Source: Ferruginibacter sp. (lineage in GTDB: Bacteria; Bacteroidota; Bacteroidia; Chitinophagales; Chitinophagaceae). Taken from it: a stretch of DNA of 64,000 nucleotides. A program made the position numbers and the translations under genes. The DNA lies in NCBI GenBank assembly GCA_013141115.1, contig JABFRP010000002.1, forward strand, positions 834,389-898,388, written 5' to 3'. Below, piece by piece: positions 21,223-31,715 of the stretch (position 1 is its first letter; every line of letters starts with the position of its first letter). The notes under the pieces were generated by a model, which saw only the letters and a list, made by a program, of their open reading frames with translations, ran no database searches and was not told the DNA's origin.

Positions 21223-21624
21223 TTAATGCGCTTCTTCTTCTTTTTTACACTCTTTAACAATGGTATGAAATACATCATGTGCTGCTGCAATTTTTTTCTT
21301 CAGTTCATCATCAGCCGCATTTGCTGCAACTGCATTTTTAATACCCTTACATTCTTTAACCAGTTGTTTTAAAGCCTTCTTTGTTTCTTTAGGCTTATAA
21401 GTATCTGGTATGGGTGAAGCTTGCCATTGTTTTGCGGCAATAAACATACTATCTGCTTGTTGTTTCAGTGGTGTCAGGTTACCCTCTTCGGATGGATGGA
21501 AAGAGGTTGACATCAGGGAATGGAACGCTTTCATTTCGGCCCATGCTGCAGGTTTGTTTTGTGCAATTGTTGCTGTTATAAATATAAATAAAGCCAATGC
21601 TAATAATTGAATTTTCTTTTTCAT
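21223..21624 (-). CDS. secreted helical protein, unknown function
   Basis: 133 aa with a signal peptide. No family recognised. Confidence 0.5.
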   Translation of the reverse strand: MKKKIQLLALALFIFITATIAQNKPAAWAEMKAFHSLMSTSFHPSEEGNLTPLKQQADSMFIAAKQWQASPIPDTYKPKETKKALKQLVKECKGIKNAVAANAADDELKKKIAAAHDVFHTIVKECKKEEEAH

Positions 21625-21691
21625 TGTTTTAGTTTTTAGTAAATAAATATTGCTTAAATATAAATAGTTATTATTTCTTGCTTCATTTTTT

Positions 21692-22897
21692 TTAGTTAAT
21701 ACTTAATTGTTGTTTACCGTTTAGTTGATTTGTATTTACAGCCAAAACAGTTTTTTTAGCCTGCGCTTTCTTTTTATATTTTCTTCCCCACCAAATATAA
21801 AAGCCAGTTACTGGCAATGAGGCTGCAATCAGGCTAATTAAAAAGGCCAGCACCCTGCCCCAAAAACCTGCAATGCTTCCATCGTGAAGATCTATAGTCA
21901 TGGCACGGAATTTTTGCCCCGGGTTTTTATTATCGTAACCCATCTGCATGAGTGGTACACCCGAAGATTGATCATAATTAATAGTAGCTCTTTTATATCT
22001 TCTGCCATCAACGCTTTGTACCGTTATATTCAGTGTTGCCTTTTTTGTTTTAGGCATTGTAAGATTAAATGTATTGGCTTCCGGAAATTTTGCTGTGGCA
22101 TCGGTTATTACTTTATCCAATGAAGTTTTTTGGGAGGTTGTTTTAGTAGTATCGGAACTTGCCATCACATGCTTATGTTTGGTGCCGCCATTAAATGCCA
22201 ACTGTACATTATCATCAAACCATTTAAAAGCAAATACTAATCCGGTTAAGCCAATAAGCAGCAATAATGGCATTGCATAAAAACCAATTACATTATGCAG
22301 GTCGTAATTTTTACGTTTCCACCGGGAGGTATCTTTCCAGGCAAATTTTATCCTCCGTTTTAATGCTGCTTTATTTTTAGGCCACCACAATATTAAGCCG
22401 GTAATTAAGGAGAGTACAAATATTACCGTAGCCCACCCTACAATTTGTTTACCAATATTACCCATCATTAAATTAAGATGCAGGCTGATAACTATCTGAA
22501 AAAAACTCCACTTAGTATTTTCTATGTTAATGATCTTTGCATTGTAAGGATTAATGTAAACCGTTTTATTGTATCTGTACATTTGATTAAAAGTGTTGCC
22601 TTCTTTATTATACAGCGAGGCCTTAAAAAGCCAGGATTTGTTTTCGGCTGTTGAATATTCAATACCGGAAATGGGGTATTGGGCACCCAATGCATTTTGC
22701 GCCACAATTTTTAAGCTGTCTAAGGCCAGGCGTGGCTGATTGCTGTTTTCAACATAAATTTTATCTGAATTGAAATAGTTTTTTAACTCGTTATCGAAAC
22801 AGTATAAACAACCTGTTATGCCAATAATAAAAACTACAATACCCGATGCCAGTCCCATCCATAAATGAACAAATCCGAATAATTTTTTGAGTTTCAT
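21692..22897 (-). CDS. PepSY-associated TM helix protein (PiuB-like)
   Basis: 401 aa with the typical N-terminus LFGFVHLWMGLASGIVVF and terminal TM helices. Confidence 0.8.
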   Translation of the reverse strand: MKLKKLFGFVHLWMGLASGIVVFIIGITGCLYCFDNELKNYFNSDKIYVENSNQPRLALDSLKIVAQNALGAQYPISGIEYSTAENKSWLFKASLYNKEGNTFNQMYRYNKTVYINPYNAKIINIENTKWSFFQIVISLHLNLMMGNIGKQIVGWATVIFVLSLITGLILWWPKNKAALKRRIKFAWKDTSRWKRKNYDLHNVIGFYAMPLLLLIGLTGLVFAFKWFDDNVQLAFNGGTKHKHVMASSDTTKTTSQKTSLDKVITDATAKFPEANTFNLTMPKTKKATLNITVQSVDGRRYKRATINYDQSSGVPLMQMGYDNKNPGQKFRAMTIDLHDGSIAGFWGRVLAFLISLIAASLPVTGFYIWWGRKYKKKAQAKKTVLAVNTNQLNGKQQLSIN

Positions 22898-22952
22898 AAA
22901 TGAAAATTTATAAGCTGTACCACAAAAAATATGGTACAGCTTAGATGATTAA

Positions 22953-25352
22953 TTATAAATTAACACTGTATTTAACAGTATAATTTCTGCCAGGCATATT
23001 CCAGCCCCTCTTTTCATAATAATTTTCGTCTGTGATATTATTTACCTGTATGATAATTCTGTCATTTTTTCTTACCGGAATAGTAGTAGAAAAATCCAAC
23101 AGCATAAATTTAGCATACTCTATTTCAGGTTTTTTTATCAAATCACTGAAATCAGTATCAAATCTTTTACCTACATACCTCCCCGACAACCTAGTAACAA
23201 AACCTTTTACCCCATACTCTATTCCATAAATAAGTGTGAGGTTGGCAACATTGGTAATGTTCTTAGTTCTAAAAACATCCGAAGTAGTAATGGTAAGGTC
23301 TCTAACAACTTCAGTAAGTTTAAAGAATTTAGTGCCGTTGATAAAAAATCGCAAAGAATAATCGTAATTATGAAAAGCACCTGCATCAAAAGAAGCTCCA
23401 AACTCAAATCCATTCATATTAGAATGGTCGGCATTGATATAAGTTGTTTTTGAAACAATGGTATCTCCTTCATCAGTTTTTTGCGCAGGTGATATGGGTA
23501 CTGCCGCAGTAGGCCCAGTTGTAATTCTGTCTGCAACTTTAGTATTAAATAATGTAAGATCTACATCCAGTCCGATTTCTTTTTTAAAATAATTGATACC
23601 AAAATCAAAAGTGCTTGCCTTTTCAGGTTTTAAATCTACATTGCCTGACGTTTGGGTTACCCTTCCAATGACACTGCTTAGTGCGCCTGGACCGCTTATC
23701 GAGTATCCGGCTACATTAAATGCATCCGGGGTTACAAACGCTCTGCCGAGGCTGGAATGAATATCAAAATTTTTAGGTGCTTTAAATTTTATACCAAATC
23801 CGGGACTAAATACACCATACGATTTTCTGGCAGTTTTATAAGTTTCCAATAAAGGGGTTGTCAATACATCAAAATCAATATTATCATAACGTACACCCAG
23901 CGTTACAATCAATTTTTCGTTTAAAAAAGAAGATGCGGTATTGGCAAATATTGCGGTAGAATAAATACTGTAATTTGGCCTGTTGGGCGCTTTGGCAATA
24001 GCTGTTGTTACATTCCAGCTTTCGGTGGTGGTGCCCGATTTATTTCTGTCTATACCAAATGTAACACTATGATTTTTTATTTTTATATTATCCTGTAGTT
24101 GAAATCCGCTGAATGTGGATGTGGATTTTGATGTTACAAAACCCGATGTTCTGGGAACCTGATCTGATGTTTCTTTAGAGGCATAAATTTTAAAACTTAC
24201 ATAGTGTTTATTAATTACAGCGCTGGTATTTAAATAAGTTGAATAGCGGCTTTGGCTTTTTGTCAGCTGATTCGTAATACCCTCATAAATATCTCCGCTT
24301 GATTTTACATCATATGCGGAGTACATTTCAGCACCAGCATCAACCCTCCAGTTTTTCCCAATATTTTGGCCGAGGCGAAATGAACCAGTTGTAAACTGGT
24401 AAGAAGTGTATGAACGAACTGCACCATCAAGTCTTTTATCATCAAAACTCCTGACTGAATCTGTTAGAAATGCTGCATTGCGATAGGTATTTGTTATTTC
24501 TGTCCAGCCAAATTTATTTCTGAAAATGTTATCCTTGCCATAAATAATATCATCTTTCTGTTTGAAATGCTTTAGAGAAATATCAAAATCTGTTTTTGCA
24601 GAGATGCTGCCACCGGCATTAATACCAGCTTGTATAGTATTGTAACTACCATAGCCAGCATATACTGATTTTTTTATTTCGCCTCTTGATTTTTTTGTGA
24701 TCACATTTACCACTCCACCCATTGCCTGAGAGCCATACAATGCGGATGCTGCACCCTTAATGATTTCGATACGGTCTACATTACTCATATCTATCATGGC
24801 TAAATTGGTTGCTCCGGCGGGCCGGCCATCCAATAATAATAATGTACGCTGGTTTAACCCTGAGAACTGTGGCCTGAAACCACGAATACCCACGCCGGAA
24901 AGCATGATGGGGTATTGTATAATATCAACTCCTGAAGTTTTCTTTAACACATCTGCAAGATCATTTGCACCGGTGCCGGCAATATTTTTAGCGGTTACAA
25001 CTGATACTTGTTGGGGAATATTTCTTTTAACGAGGCCATTCCTGGTTGCTGTTACCACTACATCCTGTAACGCTGATTTGTCCAGTACTAATTCTACGGT
25101 AAAAGCGGTGGACGCAACTTGCACAGTTTGCGAAACATAATTTACCATACTTATTTCAACTGTAGCATTTGCTGGCACTTCTGCCTGGCCAAAGTTGTTG
25201 GTAAGTAATATTTTTTTGCTATCTGTAATTTTTAAAGTGGCATTAATCAATACCTCTTTTGTATCAATATCTTTTAATGTAATTTTTATGTTTTTTTGTG
25301 CTGCTGCTGATAATGAAATAAGCAGTAGTAATATGGATAGTATTTTTTTCAT
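22953..25352 (-). CDS. TonB-dependent receptor with an N-terminal carboxypeptidase-regulatory-like domain
   Basis: 799 aa with a signal peptide, a plug (DGRPAG, IEIIKGAASALYGSQAMGGVVNV) and a beta-barrel. Confidence 0.85.
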   Translation of the reverse strand: MKKILSILLLLISLSAAAQKNIKITLKDIDTKEVLINATLKITDSKKILLTNNFGQAEVPANATVEISMVNYVSQTVQVASTAFTVELVLDKSALQDVVVTATRNGLVKRNIPQQVSVVTAKNIAGTGANDLADVLKKTSGVDIIQYPIMLSGVGIRGFRPQFSGLNQRTLLLLDGRPAGATNLAMIDMSNVDRIEIIKGAASALYGSQAMGGVVNVITKKSRGEIKKSVYAGYGSYNTIQAGINAGGSISAKTDFDISLKHFKQKDDIIYGKDNIFRNKFGWTEITNTYRNAAFLTDSVRSFDDKRLDGAVRSYTSYQFTTGSFRLGQNIGKNWRVDAGAEMYSAYDVKSSGDIYEGITNQLTKSQSRYSTYLNTSAVINKHYVSFKIYASKETSDQVPRTSGFVTSKSTSTFSGFQLQDNIKIKNHSVTFGIDRNKSGTTTESWNVTTAIAKAPNRPNYSIYSTAIFANTASSFLNEKLIVTLGVRYDNIDFDVLTTPLLETYKTARKSYGVFSPGFGIKFKAPKNFDIHSSLGRAFVTPDAFNVAGYSISGPGALSSVIGRVTQTSGNVDLKPEKASTFDFGINYFKKEIGLDVDLTLFNTKVADRITTGPTAAVPISPAQKTDEGDTIVSKTTYINADHSNMNGFEFGASFDAGAFHNYDYSLRFFINGTKFFKLTEVVRDLTITTSDVFRTKNITNVANLTLIYGIEYGVKGFVTRLSGRYVGKRFDTDFSDLIKKPEIEYAKFMLLDFSTTIPVRKNDRIIIQVNNITDENYYEKRGWNMPGRNYTVKYSVNL

Positions 25353-25393
25353 AATAATTTTTGATGTTTTAAGAATTTGATATTGGCTTACTA

Positions 25394-25621
25394 CTATTTT
25401 TTAATCAGCGAAACCCAGTGGTACATTTGCAGCACCATAGCAATAACGATTGCTGCAATAAAAAACAAACTGTATAACCATAGCGTATTTGCTGGCGGCA
25501 ATAGCGATGCTGATGAGAAATAATTATTTAATACTGCCGCAATAGGCATTAGCAGTAAACCCAATGAAAGTCCTTTTATTTCCTGATGATAATATGATAT
25601 TAATGGAATGCTGTTTTGCAT
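25394..25621 (-). CDS. small 2-TM membrane protein
   Basis: 75 aa hydrophobic ORF between the two receptors. Confidence 0.35.
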   Translation of the reverse strand: MQNSIPLISYYHQEIKGLSLGLLLMPIAAVLNNYFSSASLLPPANTLWLYSLFFIAAIVIAMVLQMYHWVSLIKK

Positions 25622-25635
25622 GATAGAGATCTTTA

Positions 25636-27663
25636 CTAATTATTGAATGTAAATTGTAACTGCACATAAAAATTTCTGCCCGGCCTGGCAACATTACCCC
25701 AGTCTAAATGATCGTGGTATTTTTTATCAAAAATATTTTCTACTCCCGCTTGTAATTCTATATTGTTTTTAAAAATAGTTGCACCATAGCCGAGGCGGCC
25801 GTGCAGCAAAAAATAACCGGCCGTTTTATCTTCGCCGTATTGCTTACTTATTTTGTTTTGATCAAGTGCAGTTTCTGTTTCTACTTGCACAGAAAACCTT
25901 TTTGGCTGATAGCGGACTGAGTTGATATTTTTAAATGGAGCCACGTAAGGTAGCGGTTGCTTGTTATTATCTTTTGCTGATGTATATCTAACGGTGGTAA
26001 CAATATCAATCGCAGCAGATGGTTTAAAAAAACCACTTAGTTCTGCACCGGCTACCGAGCCGGAAGGGAGATTAATGTACGTTTTTACTCCATTGGCGCC
26101 AATCGTCATTGTACTAAATGTGGTATTAATTGTACCTGCAATAAAGTTGGTTACTTTAGAATAATAAGCGTTGACTTGCACCCTGCTTCTTTTCCAATTG
26201 TACAATACTGACAAATCAGCTTGTAAAGATTGCTCTGATTTCAATTGGGGGTTACCAATATAATCATATCCATCGCTGGCATTAAAAAGATAAAAGCCAA
26301 ATAATTCACTGGCTGCAGGCAACCTTTCGGCATAACCAATTGCTGTGGTTAATTTTATTTTGCGGCCCATTTTTTTTGAAAGCTGTGCCGAGATATTTTT
26401 TAAAACATCTGTTCTTCCTGTAAATGCATTATCAAAAATGGCTACATGGTCTTTTGCTTCTGCTGTTACTAATTTTGAAGAAATAACATCAGTTCTGCCG
26501 GTTAACTGCAATTGCAGCAAACTATCCGGCTGCCATAACCACGAAGCGGAGATACCATACTGATCTTTACGATTATCGGGCCATGTTAGCATATACATAG
26601 CAGATTGCCCGGTTTGGTACATCGTCATGGAGGCTTTTAAAAAAGTGGAGGAGCCATCTACCCTGAATAATAATTTTTGTTTTTTATTCAGTCGCATTTC
26701 ACCTTCGGTAAAAGCACCCATGGTTTTACTTTCTCCCGGCATATCCATATGCATGGGTACTAATGGCCGTTTACTATCATCCATAAAATGCTTTACCCGG
26801 TTGGCATAAATTTTTGTTTGCCATTTGTACAATCGCTTTGCAAAATTTTCTTTATGCCAACTAAAAGAAGCTATTCTTGCAGCAGCATAACCCACATCCA
26901 TAGGCAATGCAGTGTAACCAATATTCCATCCATCATCCGCAAGCACATCTGCTTTAAAATAATTGTATTGGTTTTGCATAAATTTTACAGATAAAGAATA
27001 GTTCACTTTTTCGTATTGCGAAAATGGAATGATTGCTCCGCCGCCACTTCTGTAATTTTTATTATTACGGTAAGTACCACTTGCGGCAACTGCCCATTTA
27101 CCTGATGAATAATTTAATCTTAAAGATTCGAATAAAGCTTTAGCTGCTGTTTGATAGCCGCTACTGAACACGCCGGTAAGTTTATCGTTGTACAAATAGT
27201 TGGGCTCCGCCATTTTCATGTTTACGGTTCCTCCAATGGAAGAGCCATTCATAAATCCGGTGTTAGCGGTTTGAACCTGTAGATTTTCTAAATTTACAGG
27301 TTCAATATAAATGGTTGCCGGATCCATTTTATCGGTACAGGCACCATGTATGTTCATCCCATCCAGTTGCACATTAATTTGCCCGCCATTAAAATATCTT
27401 ATGGAAGGTTCCATACCATAAGCACCTCTTCGTATTAGCGACAGCTCAGTTAAACGGCTCATAATATCTTCCAGCGTGGATGCATTGTTGCTTTTAAAAA
27501 AATTAACCAGTTGCTGTTGTGCTGTTTTCTGCACACTGTTTATGGCTACTTCCTGTAATTGAATAATGCGTATGGTATCGGTAGTTGCAAGGGTATTATT
27601 ATTTTGTGCAGCTGTTGTAATAGTACATGCGGCAGCAAGTAAAAAAGCAAATAACTTTTTCAT
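25636..27663 (-). CDS. TonB-dependent receptor, possibly a copper receptor (OprC/NosA-like)
   Basis: 675 aa with a plug and barrel. It has a CxxxM motif (HGACTDKMDP) and a Met/His cluster (PMHMDMPGE). The copper assignment is inference. Confidence 0.7.
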   Translation of the reverse strand: MKKLFAFLLAAACTITTAAQNNNTLATTDTIRIIQLQEVAINSVQKTAQQQLVNFFKSNNASTLEDIMSRLTELSLIRRGAYGMEPSIRYFNGGQINVQLDGMNIHGACTDKMDPATIYIEPVNLENLQVQTANTGFMNGSSIGGTVNMKMAEPNYLYNDKLTGVFSSGYQTAAKALFESLRLNYSSGKWAVAASGTYRNNKNYRSGGGAIIPFSQYEKVNYSLSVKFMQNQYNYFKADVLADDGWNIGYTALPMDVGYAAARIASFSWHKENFAKRLYKWQTKIYANRVKHFMDDSKRPLVPMHMDMPGESKTMGAFTEGEMRLNKKQKLLFRVDGSSTFLKASMTMYQTGQSAMYMLTWPDNRKDQYGISASWLWQPDSLLQLQLTGRTDVISSKLVTAEAKDHVAIFDNAFTGRTDVLKNISAQLSKKMGRKIKLTTAIGYAERLPAASELFGFYLFNASDGYDYIGNPQLKSEQSLQADLSVLYNWKRSRVQVNAYYSKVTNFIAGTINTTFSTMTIGANGVKTYINLPSGSVAGAELSGFFKPSAAIDIVTTVRYTSAKDNNKQPLPYVAPFKNINSVRYQPKRFSVQVETETALDQNKISKQYGEDKTAGYFLLHGRLGYGATIFKNNIELQAGVENIFDKKYHDHLDWGNVARPGRNFYVQLQFTFNN

Positions 27664-27713
27664 AGTAAAAAAATTTAAGCAGGCAATCGTAAAACGCTGC
27701 CTGCTTTTAAAAA

Positions 27714-28547
27714 CTAAAATTGTACTTCAAAAAATTGTGTGGTAGTATCTGCAACAGCAGTACCTGCCATGTAATCCATGTTCAGTTGCCACAAACCCGT
27801 CATGGTAAAATTTACTTTTCCCTTATAGTGCCCTTTGCCAGTATGTACCGGGTTTACATTGTTAGGCGAGCCGTGGCCCATAGTGGGCATTTCGGGTGTA
27901 AGCGTTACAGAAAGGCTGCTGTCTGCAGGAAAGCTCATCATGGACACTTTTTTATAAATAGCAATTTCCATATCGTTGATGCCCACTTTTGGAGATGTGG
28001 GTTCAATTAGTGCTACAAAATATTTACCGGCATCGTGTGCCGCAGTAAAAGATTTTATTTTAGATTTAGTGGGTTCGGCAACAGTAAAAGGCATTGTAAT
28101 AAAACCTTCTTTACCCGAAACGTGATTATGCACATTTACTTTCACCGTCCACGAGCCGCCCATTGACGACATAATAAAAACCACGCTGCAGGGGTACAAA
28201 TGATTTACTGCTTCTTCCGAAACCGGGTTTTCATAAGGAGCGCTATGCTGCATCATTCCCATATCCATCATGGGCGTAAGTTTAACATGTGCGTCTTCAA
28301 CCCGGTTGCCCGAAACAGAATCGTACAATGCAATATAAAATTTGGTGTAGCCTGCATACACCGTAGTTTCTTTGGTATATACCACCACTTTTACTGCAGC
28401 ACCTGCTGCATAGCCTTCGGCTTGTTTGGTTAAGCCAAGTGTGGGGTCAGTTTCTTCAATAGTTTTTTCTTTAGTACAAGAGGATAATATTGGGGCAATA
28501 CTTATGAGGGCCGGCAATAGCATTGCCAGAAATGATTTTTTCATCAC
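27714..28547 (-). CDS. Met/His-rich lipoprotein (putative metal binding)
   Basis: 277 aa with lipobox LSSC and the motifs TPMMDMGMMQH and EMPTMGHGSP. Confidence 0.55.
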   Translation of the reverse strand: MMKKSFLAMLLPALISIAPILSSCTKEKTIEETDPTLGLTKQAEGYAAGAAVKVVVYTKETTVYAGYTKFYIALYDSVSGNRVEDAHVKLTPMMDMGMMQHSAPYENPVSEEAVNHLYPCSVVFIMSSMGGSWTVKVNVHNHVSGKEGFITMPFTVAEPTKSKIKSFTAAHDAGKYFVALIEPTSPKVGINDMEIAIYKKVSMMSFPADSSLSVTLTPEMPTMGHGSPNNVNPVHTGKGHYKGKVNFTMTGLWQLNMDYMAGTAVADTTTQFFEVQF

Positions 28548-28594
28548 TAAATAGTTTTAATTTTTTAATAAATAATAAAGAGAGGGAAATAAAA

Positions 28595-28966
28595 CTATGC
28601 CTGTGGCGGATGAAAAAAGGCGTAAGCCATTTCTGTAAGCGGATGATCTTTTTCAACTGCTGTTGCCTTAGATGCAAGCATTGAAAAAGTTGTTGCTTTG
28701 GTACAGAAAAAAGATGCAGAAGAAAGTACTTCTATTTTATTTTCAAATTTTCTTTCGGGTATTTGCTGATCTTTCTTTTCCTCTTCCTGCATTTTCTTCA
28801 TCATCTGGCACTTACCATTACAATGCAGCTTAGGCTTTGCTTTATTAATACAGTTTTTAGCAAAGGCAGCGGTATTAGCATAATAATCAAAAATAACAAA
28901 GCCGCCTTTAAACGTTTGTATGGCAAACGCAAAAATTAATAATATGGCTGCTGTATACCTGATCAT
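28595..28966 (-). CDS. small membrane protein with an HCNGKCQMMKKM motif
   Basis: The internal ATG at 28966 is preferred. The track start at 29074 would leave no room before the divergent gene at 29078. Confidence 0.45.
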   Translation of the reverse strand: MIRYTAAILLIFAFAIQTFKGGFVIFDYYANTAAFAKNCINKAKPKLHCNGKCQMMKKMQEEEKKDQQIPERKFENKIEVLSSASFFCTKATTFSMLASKATAVEKDHPLTEMAYAFFHPPQA

Positions 28967-29077
28967 TGGTGCAAAGGTAAAAGGTTTTGTCAATGTAATT
29001 ATGCGTTCGCTCATAAATGCATTGAGTTTTTTTATCAGAGGCATTAATTTCTTACATGCTTTCAGTATCTTCAAAGC

Positions 29078-30469
29078 ATGACAGCAAAAATTAACAAGCT
29101 TAATCTTTTTGATTTTACCATGATAGTGGTGAGCCTGGTTATCGGCATGGGTATTTTTCGTACGCCAGCCAATGTGGCCAAAGCATCGCCGGATACTTTT
29201 TTATTTTTTGCTGCCTGGATTGCCGGCGGCCTGGTGGCTCTTTGCGGCGCATTAACCTATGCCGAAATTGGCAGCCGCTTACCGGTTACCGGCGGCTATT
29301 ACAAAGTTTTTTCTTATGCCTACCATCCCTCCATTGCATTTGCCATTAACTGTGTAATACTGGTAAGCAATGCCGCTTCGCTTGCTGCGGTGGCGTTGGT
29401 GGGTGGAGAATATATTACCGGCATTTTTATCCCACTGTCAAAAGATATGAATTGGATGGATATACCGGCCAATGTAAATTATATTCAAACCATACATATC
29501 ATTATTGCCATTACCGCCATTGTAATTTTTTACGGTGTTAATTTGGCTGGCTTAAAAATGAGCGCAAAAACACAAAATGTGTTAACTGTAATAAAGATCA
29601 TTCTAATACTGTTACTGATAGCACCATTATTTTTTGCAGATAACAGTGCAGTAGCGCAACAAGTGAGTAATGCAACAATTAGCCCTACTATTAAAGAATA
29701 CATAAAAGCATTCGGTATTGGTTTGGTAGCCGTAAGTTTTACTTATGGTGGTTATCAGCAAACCATAAATTTTGGTGCCGAAGTTGATCAACCTGCAAAA
29801 AATATTCCCCGTGGTATTTTCTTTGGCATTGCCACCATTGTAATATTATACCTTACCATAAACTACGCTTACATTAAAGTAATTGGTTTTGATACCTTGC
29901 ACCAGCCCGAAACAAAAAATATTGCAGCCATCATGGCATCAAAAATATTTGGCATTAATGCAGAAAGAATATTATCAGGGTTTTTATTTTTAAGTGTGTT
30001 GGCTTATGTAAATGTATTGCTGATGAGCAACCCGAGGGTTATGTATGCCATGAGCGAAGATAATATTCTGCCACCGGTATTTAAAAAGCGTAACCCCAAA
30101 ACCGATGTGCTTACTGTTTCGCTTTCGGTATTTGCAGCCATTTGCATTATCATTATTTTTTGGGCCAAGGAGTTTGATAAAATATTAAGCTTCACTATTT
30201 TTTTAGATTGCTTTGGCATGATACTTTCTGCCGCCACCATTTTTATTTTAAGAAAAAAAACAAAACATCTGGATGACACCGGCATTTACAAAATGAAACT
30301 GTTTCCCCTTATGCCGGTTATCTTTATTATTGCTTATGTATTTGTTGCCATCAGTATTACAATGGATTATGCAAAGAATGATTATGCAGCAGCAACAGGG
30401 CTTGCAGTAATGGCTGTTTTTACGGGCTTGTATTTTTTATTGACCGCTTTAAAAAAGAATAAAAGTTAA
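29078..30469 (+). CDS. APC superfamily amino-acid permease
   Basis: 463 aa, 12 TM, with the N-terminus GMGIFRTPANVA. Confidence 0.85.
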   Translation: MTAKINKLNLFDFTMIVVSLVIGMGIFRTPANVAKASPDTFLFFAAWIAGGLVALCGALTYAEIGSRLPVTGGYYKVFSYAYHPSIAFAINCVILVSNAASLAAVALVGGEYITGIFIPLSKDMNWMDIPANVNYIQTIHIIIAITAIVIFYGVNLAGLKMSAKTQNVLTVIKIILILLLIAPLFFADNSAVAQQVSNATISPTIKEYIKAFGIGLVAVSFTYGGYQQTINFGAEVDQPAKNIPRGIFFGIATIVILYLTINYAYIKVIGFDTLHQPETKNIAAIMASKIFGINAERILSGFLFLSVLAYVNVLLMSNPRVMYAMSEDNILPPVFKKRNPKTDVLTVSLSVFAAICIIIIFWAKEFDKILSFTIFLDCFGMILSAATIFILRKKTKHLDDTGIYKMKLFPLMPVIFIIAYVFVAISITMDYAKNDYAAATGLAVMAVFTGLYFLLTALKKNKS

Positions 30470-30489
30470 ACCGACTTAAACCTTTACCA

Positions 30490-31650
30490 ATGGATATCTC
30501 CTACATTATTAACGAACTGGCCGAAGACAGAGAAAATTATTTTAACGCTGTTGCGCCACCGATAATGCAAACCAGTAATTTTGTTTTTAAAACAGTAGGG
30601 GAAATGCGTAAAGCATTTGCAGATGAATACAGCACCTATTTATACAGCAGGGGCAAAAACCCCACCGTAGATATTTTAAGAAAAAAATTAGCAGCATTGG
30701 ATGGTGCCGAAGATTGTTTGGTTTTTAACAATGGTGCTGCCGCCACTTTTGCTGCTGTGCTGGCCAATGTAAAAGCCGGCGATCACATTGTATGTGTTGA
30801 CAAGCCTTATAGCTGGACACAAAAACTATGCAACGATATTTTGCCCCGCTTTAATGTAACTACAACTTATATTGATGGAACGGCTATTGAAAATTTTGAA
30901 AGAGCCATTTTACCTAACACTACACTAATTTATTTGGAAAGCCCTAATAGCTGGGATTATAAACTACAGGATTTAAAAGCAGTAGCCGAACTGGCCAAAG
31001 CCGAAGGCATTATTACCATTATTGATAACAGTTATTGTACACCATTATACCAAAAACCAATTGAGCTGGGTATTGACCTTGCCATGCAAACCGCCACCAA
31101 ATACATTGGCGGCCACAGTGATACGTTAGGTGGTGTGCTGAGTGGTAAAAAAGAAATGATCCAACGCATTTTTAACAGTGAGTATATGAATATTGGCAGC
31201 GGCATACAGCCCTTTAATGCCTGGTTGCTGATAAGAGGATTAAGAACATTGCCTGCAAGGCTGGATCGTATTACAGCATCTACAAATAAAGTAGTGGCTT
31301 ATTTAAAAACCCATCCTAAAGTAGAAACGGTTATTTTTCCCTTTGATGAAAGCTTTGCGCAATACCAATTAGCCAAACAACAAATGAGTGGCGCCTGCGG
31401 CCTGTTTACTTTTATTATTAAAGCCGATACTATCGACCAGATAGAAAAATTTTGCGAAGATCTGCAGCATTTTTTTATGGCAGTAAGCTGGGGCGGTCAC
31501 GAAAGCCTGATTATTCCCAAATGCTCGGGCATACAACCTGCTGCTTTTGATGCCACTAACAGGGAGCACCGGATGCTGCGCTTGTATGTGGGGCTGGAAG
31601 ATGCTGACTACCTTATTAAAGACCTGGAGCAGGCTTTTGAAAAGCTGTAA
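30490..31650 (+). CDS. Cys/Met-metabolism PLP-dependent enzyme (cystathionine gamma-synthase, beta-lyase or gamma-lyase family)
   Basis: 386 aa with the PLP-lysine motif QTATKYIGGHSD. Confidence 0.85.
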   Translation: MDISYIINELAEDRENYFNAVAPPIMQTSNFVFKTVGEMRKAFADEYSTYLYSRGKNPTVDILRKKLAALDGAEDCLVFNNGAAATFAAVLANVKAGDHIVCVDKPYSWTQKLCNDILPRFNVTTTYIDGTAIENFERAILPNTTLIYLESPNSWDYKLQDLKAVAELAKAEGIITIIDNSYCTPLYQKPIELGIDLAMQTATKYIGGHSDTLGGVLSGKKEMIQRIFNSEYMNIGSGIQPFNAWLLIRGLRTLPARLDRITASTNKVVAYLKTHPKVETVIFPFDESFAQYQLAKQQMSGACGLFTFIIKADTIDQIEKFCEDLQHFFMAVSWGGHESLIIPKCSGIQPAAFDATNREHRMLRLYVGLEDADYLIKDLEQAFEKL

Positions 31651-31715
31651 ACCAAATCTTACCGCCTGTCATATACTTTTTAGTTGGTTCGCCTTAGATG
31701 ATTTATTTTTGTAGT

